Assembly (NCBI GenBank): GCA_038087875.1
Contig: CM075996.1
Location: 7,690,001 to 7,754,000, forward strand
DNA: 64,000 bases
DNA from: Malacoraja senta
Lineage: Eukaryota
Reading direction: 5' to 3'
The notes below the pieces were generated by a model that was not told where the DNA came from, searched no databases, and was given only the letters and a program-made list of their open reading frames with translations. Numbering within the stretch: the stretch's first letter is position 1; the number at the start of each line of letters is the position of its first letter. Shown here piece after piece: positions 37,867 to 49,108 of this stretch. The translations under genes and the position numbers were made by a program.

Positions 37867-40800
37867 TGGATGAGCGGTGTTTTGTGTCGGGACTCTTCTT
37901 CCGTAGAATATAGTAGGGGGTAGAAAGCTGGAAGAGAGGTGGGGGAGGACCTATATCCTTCACCTTGCTTCACATTTGGTGCACCTTCTCTCTGTATCTA
38001 TAGCCTTGTCTTCTTCCCATCTCTGGCCTTTGTCCACCCTTCTGCCAATCACCATTGCCTGTATCCACTGATCCCTCAACAGGCTCTGACACACCTTGCA
38101 CATCTCTTCCTTTCTCTCCCCACCCCCCAACTATAATCAGTCTGAAGAAGGGTCTTGACATCAAAAGTTGTGTATCCATGTTTTCCAGAAATGCTGCCCG
38201 ACTGCTGACTACTCGCGTACTTTGTCTTTAAACCAGCATCTACAGTTCCTTCTTACACCTAACGTTTCTGACAACTGCAATCATTCTGTGTGTCACCATA
38301 ACTTTAGTTTTTTGTTAGGTATCCTCCAAGTCCCACCCATTGATCTCATTTTTACAAGAATGTCTCAAAGTGATTATCCAGGATTCAAGCTTTTGAGATT
38401 AATGTATTTTAATTCATCTAGTATTTATGCCATTGAACAATAAATCATTAGCTTGCTTCTCATCCTTCTATTCCTCTGATAATTACTTAAAGCTTCCCCG
38501 AAACTCCCTCAATTGCAAATATGTTAATCACTTCACATTATATTAAATTACAAAATCTCTGGATGTAAACTCTCCTGTAATCCACATTATTGTTACTAGC
38601 ATTCAACTTTTGTATTTATTGTCTCTAATTTTGGGATTAGCCACAAACGGAAACTTGCCCTCAACGGTTTGCCCCCCTTTCACTGCACCTTGCCAATTTA
38701 TCTGAGTGGTTAAATTCTCCCATATTTACTTATGCCGTTTTCCCAATTTCATATTCCCATTTTCCTCCATTCCATATTTAGCCCCCCTTACATAATCTGT
38801 TTTTACCTTAAATGTCACTTCCACTCCCCCCCCCCCAAACTCCACTGTAATTTCTCATTTGTGCAGCCACTCATTCCACCCTATTTATTCCTGCAGTACA
38901 CCTAACTTCCAATCCTGATCTTTATACAGCCATACCATAAGCACTCTAGTAAATCTAGATCAACTCCAGTGATCATTGGAAGTTCCTCTAGTATATTTCA
39001 GATTGCTATAAATATCTTTATTGCATTTTATTAAAACTTTTAGATATTTCAATTGTACAAATTTGTTTCCTTACAATTGATTACACTTAATCCTTTGATT
39101 TGATTCTTCGTCAAACATATAATTGAAAATACTTTTACTTTCACCACCTACAACAACCTAACGAAGTTAAAGTTTATCAAGAGCCCTAGTTATCATTTTC
39201 CTTAGGATCCCAGACTATTCTCATGCGGCCCCTCATGTTCCAGAATTAGTGTTATGATCCCATGAAATGGAACCCATCCTTCATTTCGTCTGCACTTTCA
39301 TCCTGATCAATTGTTACAAAATAGCTTGGGTGGTTCTGAGACCCGAGATGTCTTTATTTCTAAACCCTGATACACCTTTTGCAGATGACCCTCTTAATAC
39401 TGTCCATGAAATTGCATCTATGGAAATGGGATTCACACTACTCAGCCAAACCACCAAAATGCTACCAGAAACCAATAAAAACCTGACCAACACAATTCTT
39501 GTTTTTTTTTTTGCAAGTGGCGAGAAGTGAAGAGGAATCCATTTGCATCATTGTTCATTCTAAAACCAATTTTGCCATTTTATGCACAGACTCAATATTT
39601 TGTATTGCTGCTGAAAGTCACGAGCCTGTTTAATAACATAACTTAATATGGATTCACTTTTCCACTAAGCCGCAGGTTACTGCACATCAAATGAAATCAA
39701 TGACAGAAGCAAGTCAAAACACTGGTCTACATTCCTGAGCACCCTGCCGCACCTTAATCCCAGAGGAACTGAAAAGTAACACAAAACACTGAATAAGGGT
39801 TACTACATGCATATCAATGGTATAAATTTACCTTTTGTCCAAGTTAATTTCATACAAAATAGATATTTCCTTAACAAATCATTTGATTACCAATCTTCTT
39901 TCCCAATACACAATGAGAAAAATCAAGAGAAAGGTGGATCAGACGGGGAAGTGAAATTGAGAGACAGGATTAACCACAACAAACTGAATGGTGCGGTAGG
40001 CTCGTCTATTCGTCTTGTACTTCACTAAAGTGTCATGCTGATTGCATTGGCCTTGTGAGATATTGTTAATGTAAAGTGGCCCAAAAATAATCACAGGGTC
40101 ATTTACATAAAAAATCAACACAGAACTCAGTCGAGGGGTACATTTTAAGGCAGAGGTGGGGCGAGACTTGGGCATGGAATCCCAGATCTCAGCTCCAGGC
40201 ACAACCAACAATGATGGAGTGATAAAAATCAATGAATATACAAGATAAACAAGAGGCTGGATTCCAAACACACCAAAGGCACCCAGAGTTACAGAGTTAA
40301 AGGTTAAAAAGATAAGGGGTGGGTTAAAGATAGTGGTATTTGAAAACAGATTAGATTAAAATTGTAGCATAGCCAATCAGGAGCCTTTATCCTTTAGCAA
40401 GGCCAAGTGAGATAGCAAAAGATGATGCGAATTGGAATATAGTAGCAAAATTTTGGAAAGCTTTTCTAATTCAATGTATTCTTTTAACATTTGAAAGAAT
40501 GAGACAACTGAACCTCAAAGTGTTTCATTACTGTACTATCAGCAACTGAACCATTAAAGTACCAGGCAGGATGTTTAGAAAGTCAAGCTCTCTGATGTCT
40601 AGTTTCTGTTGAAAAAATAAATGCCTCACCAACAGATACAAGTTGTTACCAGAATTTAAAGCAGTAGCATTTACAAATTCCAGAAAAAATATAACGAGCC
40701 AGCTCACAGAAAGCCTTTTGTAAGTTATCAGTACACTTTCCCATGAATCACTCTCTTTGCCTGACTGCACTATCTTCTATTCAAACCGGGTGGGGCTATA

Positions 40801-41416
40801 GTGCATGCAGTAAAATCCAAAGAATCTTCAGAGGGCAAAGCACAAGCAAACAGCTAGCATGCAGTTTTAACAAGTCAATGTAAAGAATCTACCTGTTCAA
40901 CTTGAAAACAATATACAATTTACACTTTATCATCGTCATTAAACTATATCACAATTTAGGGAAACAAAACAGGAGTGAACTGTTTACTGACAAGAGATAT
41001 CAATAATAGATGTAAAGGAAGTCATTATCCATATTCAAAAACGTTTTAACACTTTCAGCATCATCTTATCATCTCAATATGCAACTTTGCCCTTTTTCTA
41101 ATAATAAATTTATCATTTTATTATTTCCTCATCCATTCACTGTCTCAAAGTTCTGCCACAAATTACTTTGCTGCACGATTTTTAACTTTGCTCAAGTTTA
41201 AGAGGCTTAACTGCCATCTGTAAGGTACTGAATACTTTATTTTAAATGATGGGAAGGGCACAGAAAGTTTGGGTGGGGGAAGTGATTGAGTTGGCAGAAT
41301 GAGGATATTTCAATTTCTTCCTTTAAAAAAAAGTATATTGAACAGAAGGCAATTGTACGAATTAAAAGACAAAAAATTTTAGTCCAGCTCTGAAAATCCG
41401 GTAGGAGCTATTTATT

Positions 41417-41621
41417 GAGTAAGAAAGAATTGCAGATGCTGGTTTAAATCGAAGGTAGACACAAAATGCTGGAGGAACTCAGCGGGACAGGCAGCATCTC
41501 TGGAGAGAAGGAATGGGTGACGTTTCAGGGTGAGAAGGGTCTCGACCCGAAACGTCACCCATTCCTTCTCTCCAGAGATGCTGCCTGTCCCGCTGAGTTA
41601 CTCCAGCATTTTGTGTCTACC
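41417..41621. mobile_element. Short foldback PLE-derived insertion with a 15-bp TSD
   Basis: Arms 41452-41525 and 41549-41622 are near-perfect inverted repeats; TSD taggagctatttatt at 41402-41416 and 41622-41636. Confidence 0.9.
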
Positions 41622-42089
41622 TAGGAGCTATTTATTAATGGATTTTTATTACAATAAGCAAATGCAGACTGACAATTAAACAGCTCTCCACATTCCAAGG
41701 ATTCAATCAAACTTGAAAACTGCAGTCTTAGAAAATTAATACTGAGGGAAGGCGAATTTGGACTCACGATGAAATCACATTTCAGTGAAAAAAATAAGGA
41801 AAAAAAGGACAGGAAGCTCATGCAGCCGGAGAGACGGAAGCCAAGCCCATATCTGCGAGCTACAACAGCGAAGGTAATTTCCATGCTACCTGTCGTGTCG
41901 TCTGATTTTCACAAGTTAATATAACCAACAGATATTGGCATTATGGATCTCAAGGACACTTAACATGCGACCTGAAAACCGAAATAAGATCGATTGGCTG
42001 GCAGATTTTAAAATGTAATTCTCAGCATGGTGGTGGTGTCGTCTAAACTTCCGCTTTTAGAAGCGTTTAAGTGAGATACAAATGAAAAG

Positions 42090-42870
42090 TTGCCTGTGGC
42101 GAGCGGGCCGGCCCGACTCTTTTCCTGGTTTCACTCCCCTTCTCGGCTTCACTCCATAAACTTAAACGATTTTTTTTTTTTTGCCTCTTACCTCTGCGGT
42201 TCAGGTGATCTTCCAACGTCCTCTCTCCCTTCGAGGTGGTGTGGAAACTGCCGGGGGGGGGGTTGCAGGATAATCTGTCTCTTAATTGGGTTTTTTTAAT
42301 TTAAAACTCCCCACACACACACACAAAAATTGAAATCTTTCCGCCGCTTGGTGCCGATCAAACCGCCTGCTGCCTCGCGCTAGCTCAGGCTGTGCACACT
42401 GGGGCTCGCTCGCGCGTCGGCGCTGCACCCTCCGCCCCGCCCCGCCCTGCTCGCGGCGGCGGACAGCACCGCCAAACCCCGCGCTCCCGCCAGTGGGGAG
42501 ACAGCACCGCTGAGTGAGGGCTCCGACGACGAATGGTGCGAGTCGATCTCGGGCAGGCGGGCGGGCAATCAATCGGTCGGCCTCTTCCCCCGCCCCAGTC
42601 GACGAATTATGTAGGGTTTTCCTCGGGCGGCTGCACCGCCGACGAATGTCTGTGAGTCGTCCTCGAGTGAGTGAGTGAGGGCTCCGACGACGAATGGTCG
42701 GGCGGCTGGGCGGGCGATCGAGCTGCAGAGCGGGCGGCTTCCCCGCCGTCCAAAGCGGCCCCGGAAAGTGACCGACCGGTGCCGCAGTCCTCTTCTGGCG
42801 CAGGGTCTGAGCGACAGCTTGCCCTGCCAATGTTGGCGGGCCGGAGAAGATTGCGCGAAACGAAGCTGTA
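42090..42870 (-). promoter_or_regulatory. CpG-island promoter of MYH9 with tandem Sp1-type GC boxes (42432-42447)
   Basis: Very high GC and CpG density in an AT-rich background; ccgccccgccccgccc (GGGCGG x3 on minus) immediately upstream of the candidate exon 1; no TIRs or TSDs suggesting a transposon origin. Confidence 0.75.
42192..42400 (-). other. MYH9: Probable non-coding exon 1 (5'UTR) of MYH9; transcription start is approximate
   Basis: Strong minus-strand donor GAG|GTAAGA at 42191, at the edge of a non-repeat CpG island and just downstream of tandem GC boxes. Exon 2 starts with an acceptor, so an upstream exon is required. Implied intron 1 is 23959-42191. Confidence 0.65.
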
Positions 42871-43587
42871 TGCCGTTTCTGTCCTATTCCTTTTTTCCCC
42901 AGAGATGCTGCCTGACCCGCTGAGTTACTCCAGCTTTTTGTGTCTATTTGCAGTTTCTGACTTGTTTCGGTCGTTATAAGCCTCACCTTGATGTGGACAA
43001 ATGAGTAAAAAAATTGACCTTTCAAGACCAGCTATATATTTTTTATATGTGCAGGAAGGAACTGCAGATGCTGGTTTAAAACGAAGATAGACACAAAAAG
43101 CTGGAGTGACTCAGCTGAGTTACTCCAGTTTTTTGTGTCTATCTTATATTGTTTCTATGTTGTGTGAAGGAACACAAGCGTAATGCAGTTTAATGTTTAC
43201 TTGTCGGTCGGCATGGACATGGTGGGCCGAAGGGTAGATTTCTCTGTAGAAACAAGGAACTACAGATGCTGGTGTACATAAAAGACACAAAGTTATGGAG
43301 TAACAACGGGTCAGAATTCTTCAGGGGTGCTTCCTGGAGAATTCGAGTTACTCGAATTGGGGATGAGTTACTCGAGTACTTTGTGTCTTTTTTGGCCTGT
43401 TTCTCTGTGGTATGACTTTGTGACAATGAACTGGAAGTTTGCTGATGATGGTATGTTAGAAGCAAAACAAAAAATGCAGCTAAAGGATGTGGTAACTTCA
43501 ATATATATGACACCTACATAGAAAAATGTCCAAGATGCCAACAATGGGCACCAAGCCGCAATACAAAAAACACCAGGTCACATAATG

Positions 43588-43809
43588 TGTTGGAAGGAAC
43601 TGCAGATGCTGGTTTGTGCCAATGATAGACACAAAATGTTGGAGTAAATCAGCGGGTCAGGCACCATCTCTGGAGAAAAGGAATAGGTGACGTTTCGGGT
43701 CGGAACTCTTCTCCAGTCTGAAGAAGGGTTCCAACCTGAAACGTCACCTATTCCTTTTCTCTATAGATGCTGCCTGACCTGCTGAGTTACTCCAGAATAT
43801 TGTGTCTAT
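43588..43809. mobile_element. Short foldback PLE-derived insertion with an intact hammerhead-like core at 43718-43745
   Basis: Inverted arms 43625-43716 and 43717-43810; CTGAAGA-a-gggt-tcca-acct-GAAA-cgtc. Confidence 0.85.
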
Positions 43810-44247
43810 CACACAATAGTGGGCACCAAGCCACATTCTTTGCAGATGATTTTAAGAGGCAGAGGATTCTACGTAAAGCATTTCCCAAACTTTGGATTGT
43901 AGCAGCCAGAAGCATATGATGATAGGGTGAATACATTTCTCTAAATATACAACACATGTCCATGATAGACAAAAATGTAACTAATTAATTCACTCTTTCC
44001 AAACACAAAACAATGCAGAGGCTACAAATCTGATATAAAAACACCTAATGTCAAAAATATTCCATGAATCAGGAGAGAGTAACAGGTTAATAACCTATCA
44101 GCATTAAGCATAATCTATGCATTTAAAAACATTTTCTGTTTTTATCTTAACCTATTCATGGCTTGGTCAGCTAAGTGTTGATCCAGGTATACTTTGAATG
44201 AGTGCTTCTGCCTCTTTTCTCCCTCAACTCTCCTATCATGCTTTATC

Positions 44248-44420
44248 AATAGACAATAGGTGCAGGAGTAGGCCATTCAGCCATTCAGCCCTTCGAGCCA
44301 GCACCGCCATTCAATGTGATCATGGCTGATCATCCCCAATCAGTACCCCATTCCTGCCTTCTCCCCATATCCCCTGACTCCGCTATCTTTAAGAGTTCTA
44401 TCTAACTCTCTCTAGCTCTC
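44248..44420 (-). mobile_element. CR1 3'-terminal fragment
   Basis: caatagacaataggtgcaggagtaggccattc..., the reverse complement of the CR1 3' end. Confidence 0.8.
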
Positions 44421-44611
44421 TATTTGAAGCTATGTCCTCAATTTATTTATTTGTTCTGCTTACGTCAGGTTCTGATTAAGGGGGTGGCGGGTAGATTCCA
44501 CTAAACAAATCCATGATGGCTTTCCTTGATTAATCTATGACTTTTCCAGTCAGTTGTCCACCATCAATGTTGGGCAGACTGACCTGTAATTAGTCAGTTT
44601 AACCCATTTTA

Positions 44612-45090
44612 TTTTTGTTTGTTTTTTATTAATATTTTTATTAGAAGCAAACATATTATAAGGTATGGTAACATATAATAGAAATAAAAACGTTTCATGT
44701 ACATCAATCATACATTATTAAAATTGTCAATTGTCGATTAATTCTGCTTCTAGTGTTTTTCTTTAATATAGATAGAAAAAGAAAGATAGAAAGAAAAAAA
44801 GCATTACAAATATCATGAGAAAAAAAGAAAAAAAAAATAGGTGGAATGAACTACTTATAATACGTCTTTGGAGATAAGTTCGTAGGTTATGAAATATATT
44901 TTTACATCTAATCCTGAGTTCAAGCTTCAGTTGGGTTTTCGTGCTTGGCCCATATATCCCTTAAAATAGTTAATGAATGGAGCCCATATTTTAACAAAAA
45001 CTTCTTGTTTGTCCATTAAGACAAGTCTAATTCTTTCTAGATGTAGGGTCTCCGACATTTCCACAATCCACATTTTAATTGTGGGGGTAA
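44612..45090 (-). mobile_element. 5'-truncated L1-like LINE with a 14-bp TSD
   Basis: TSD tttaacccatttta at 44598-44611 and 45091-45104; A-rich tail; ORF2-like C-terminus PTIKMWIVEMSETLHLERIR...FVKIWAPFINYF. Confidence 0.8.
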
Positions 45091-48000
45091 TTTAACCCAT
45101 TTTAAACAATGGTAGCACATTAGCACTCCTGCACAATACCTGCTTTTCTAGCGGCCACAAGATTTCTACAGTACATATACACATTCCAATCTCACAGCTG
45201 TGACATTAAACAAGCATTGCATGCTGATCGACATCACTGTTGCATGCCCATGCAGTGGCTCATCACATGGACTGATGCCAGGAATTCAATTTCATATTGC
45301 GCAAAAGTGCTGATTTTTAGCTTAAAATCATTAGTCCATTAAAATGCACAGAACAATTCTATTCCAGGCCTCTGACTCTCAGCCAAGCAGCACCAGCAAC
45401 AGAATCAACCTAAGATTGTGATTAACTGAACAACCAATGGAACACAATGACAGCAGATGTTGATATGTTTGCGTACTCTGGCGTACGTTTTGTGACATAA
45501 TGAGTGTAAACCAATCCAAGTGTATCCTATCAAACACAATGATGTAAAGTCCATTCCTTTCATTGCTTTTGAATAACTAACATATTTCAAGCAGTTAATA
45601 AACAATCTGATAAATGTCATTATGGAAAAATGTTTGGAATGTTGTCTAACCAATAATCAGAAAATGTTAAATGGTACAGCTATTATTTTACCCATTGATA
45701 TTCTATCACTGGAACAACTGTGCATTTGAGAGGGGGGAAATCTATTGAGATCAGGATTCCTGATTGATGTCTAGTACCATTCTTTCAAGAAAAGGCAGAA
45801 TTCAAATCATATGAAGCTATATATAACTCCGTACATTATTACCAAATTACTACTTAAATATGGTGGCAACCAGCCTGCACAGTCAGCTTAAAATTGGACA
45901 TCTATGGGTTGCTGTAGGCCATCAATAACAGCAGAATTGTATTTTAAATGACACAGTTCTAAATAATGTATGGAAGCAGAAGGATCTTGGAGTGCATATC
46001 CACAAAGCTTTAAAAGGTAGCAAAACATAGGTATGAAGTGTTTAAGATAAGTGTGTGGAATACTTGTCTGTATTGACTATGGTACAGAATGCAAGAAAAT
46101 GGAGGTCACAGGAAAACTAAATCAATCATAGAAACATATATGGACAGATACGATAGGGGCATTTGAGGCTTTTAGATAGGCACATGGATATGTAGAGAAT
46201 CTAGGGATATGGATCACGTGCAGGCTGAGGAGATTAGTTTAACTTGGCATCATGTTCAGTATGGACATTGTGGGCTGAAGTGCATGTTGCTGTGCTGTAC
46301 TATGGCCGAAGAGCAAATTGCAGACCCTTCCATAGATAAACAGATGGGGGCTGACAGGATAGCGGATGGGTCATCTGTGAGGTGATGCACTGCTTCCACT
46401 GTTTATGTAGCACCTTGATCCTCAGTTCAATTTACAAATGCTCCTTGTCCACTTGTAGGCCAGCTATTCCCATGAGTCAATGGAGATGTTCCAATTCTTC
46501 AAGGAGGCTTGGAATATTTTCTTCTTTCTGCCTAGTTATCCCTTCCCATAGATAAACACAAAGTGCTGGAGTATATCAGTCAGCATCTCTGGAGAAAAGG
46601 GATGGGTAACGTTTCAGGTCGGAACCCTTCTATTTCTACAATCTCTTGCCATGACAGAGCTTGGAATAGAGTGTCTATTTCAGACGTGACTTGCCCAAAG
46701 TAGCCAAATGGCCTTAATACTCAAAATGTTGCACTAGGAGCGGATACAGTTGTTTGTTCACGTGTATTTTCAATGAATTTGGAGAATTTTGTGTTGACAA
46801 TGGTGGTAGTATTTCCCCAGTGCCACAAAGTGTCTGCTGTAGCTAGTCTAGGTCTCAGAAACATATAGGGTGATAGAGATTATTGTTGCCCAGTAGACCA
46901 GGTCTTGAAATCTGGCTTTTTAAATGCTCTTTTCCTCAATTGACAAAAGACTGTGCCAGTGCATTGAAGGCAATGCTGAATTACATCATTAATGTCCACC
47001 TTCACCAAGAGGTGACTCTAGAGATATGGGAAGCTGTCACACGTATTCTAGCATTTCACTGTAAACCAGTAAAAATGTAGGGAGCAACATCAGCCGCAAT
47101 ACATGGTTTCATCCGCAACAAAACCTTTTCCTTCACCAATCGGGACAGCCAAACACCATCACTTTCTCAACACTGCGGAAAGAGTTCCCCTGGATAAGGT
47201 GCTCATGCATTGAAGGGATCATCTTCTTTGAAAACTGGTTCAAAATGGAAACCATAATAGCTGAGCCAAACTGGCCACAATTATACAATTATTTACAATT
47301 ATACATTTATTTACTGCAATAAATGCCACTAGATCCAAACGTTATTCCAGTTTGAGATTAGGGAATATTAGAAAATAAATTAAAAGCAGTCTCTGGAAAT
47401 CTGAAATACAACAGAAAATGCTGGAAACATAGTAGGTCAAGCAACATCTATGTAGAATGAACCAGTTTTAACATTTTACATTGACGTAACCTAACAAGGA
47501 CAAGTATGAAAGTCAGCATGTTTTAAGTTTCAGAGAAAAGGGAGGGTTGACAGGATCGAAGAAATGGGGCTGAAACCAAGTAAGATCCTAATCCTAATGA
47601 AACATCGTAAGTCTAAAACGTTAACTATATTTCTCTCTCCACATCTTCAGTCTGGCCTGCTAATAATTCCTGCATTTGAATGGTCGTATTAGAATGGTCA
47701 AATGATAGTACAGCTTGGTTGTAAAACTACACGGTGGTACTGAGCATTCTGAGAGATACCAAAGTTGACTTTTCTTGTTTTCCAACCAATTTTCTCTTCT
47801 CTGATGATGAATGGGTGATGTGGTATTTTGGTGTATTATGGTATCTGGGGAGGCTGGAACCATACTACAAATACAGGACTAAATCCAGAGAATAAAAGTT
47901 TGAAAAAAAATAATCCCCTCTGGGAATCGTAAGAATAAGAATCATGACAACTGAAAGAATTACATTCTGTGGCATTATTAAACATCTGTTTCATCCAGGG

Positions 48001-48549
48001 AGAATTTGAGTGATCAGTTTCATCGACGTAGGGAAATGACAGATCAATTTCATTGGTGATCTCTCTGGGTGGTCCCAGGCTCTGGATATTCTTCCACTAA
48101 CATCTCTGGAGAGAGAAAATCAACTTTGCACATTGAATGATCTTTCATCATTAGTCTATAATGAGCGATCAATTACCCAAAACATTAATGCTGTGTGCTT
48201 CTCTATCCCTCTTACTCGCTCTCCATTGATACTGCCTGACCTGCTGAGAATTTTCAGCAGTTCTGCTTTATTTCAGACACCTGGCATCTGCAATATTTTG
48301 CTTTTGCAATAAAACCTAACTGGGGTATGTGTACCATTTTGTTTCCTGAAGTCGATCACTATCTCCTTTCTCTTGCTGACAAAGCTGTCTTGCCTGTATG
48401 TGTGTGTTGGGTGAATGATGTTAGAGTTCATCCATGTGTGCTTAAGAGTGTATGTCTATCCAAATAGACACGGCATAGAAGCATATGTTCATAATGTGGG
48501 ACTAGTGTAGATAGACAAAATGGCTAGCATGGACATGGTGAGCTGAATG

Positions 48550-48677
48550 TTTAAGAAGGAACTGCAGATGCTGGAAAATCGAAGGTAGACAAAAATGCTG
48601 GAGAAACTCAGCGGGTGAGGCAGCATCTATGGAGCGAAGGAAATAGGCAACGTTTTGGGTTGAGACCCTTCTTCAGA
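48550..48677 (-). mobile_element. Short PLE terminal-repeat insertion with a 22-bp TSD
   Basis: TSD catggacatggtgagctgaatg at 48528-48549 and 48678-48699; the insert begins at the hammerhead-like motif. Confidence 0.88.
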
Positions 48678-48973
48678 CATGGACATGGTGAGCTGAATGA
48701 ATCATTTCTGTGCTGTACAGCCTCATGACTATGATTGGCATGTGTGACTGTTCTGTGCAACAGAGCGCCCTATTTCCAGCTCTCTTGGACCTTCTTGCCA
48801 CTTGACAAAGACCTCACCCTAACATGATTACATGGTAGTTGTTGTGCGACAGCCATCCAACACTGAAAGAATTTGCTTGCAGACATTTTCCACTGCTTAA
48901 AAATGGAGCCAGGCAAGACCCTTGATGCTGAGAGACTTTGAAAAATAAGGTATTTCAGTTAAAATATGGGGTG

Positions 48974-49108
48974 TTTAAGAAGGAACTGCAGATGCTGGAA
49001 AATCGAAGGTAGACAAAAGTGCTGGAGAAACTCAGTTGGGTGCAGCAGCATCTATGGAGCGAAGGAAATGGGTAACGTTTCGGGCCGAAACCCTTCTTCA
49101 GACTGATG
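48974..49108 (-). mobile_element. Short PLE terminal-repeat insertion with a 12-bp TSD
   Basis: TSD aaatatggggtg at 48962-48973 and 49109-49120. Confidence 0.85.
49071..49106 (-). ncRNA. Candidate minimal type I hammerhead ribozyme motif (PLE-associated)
   Basis: Minus strand: ucagu-CUGAAGA-a-GGGU-uucg-GCCC-GAAA-CGUU-acc. It has the conserved core boxes, a 4-bp helix II with a UUCG loop and a palindromic ACGU in place of helix III. Helix I is only about 2 bp. Confidence 0.6.

Noticed and set aside
42282..43025. 247-aa ORF across the CpG island
   Set aside because: Stop-poor GC-rich promoter sequence fused to a repeat; no recognisable protein.
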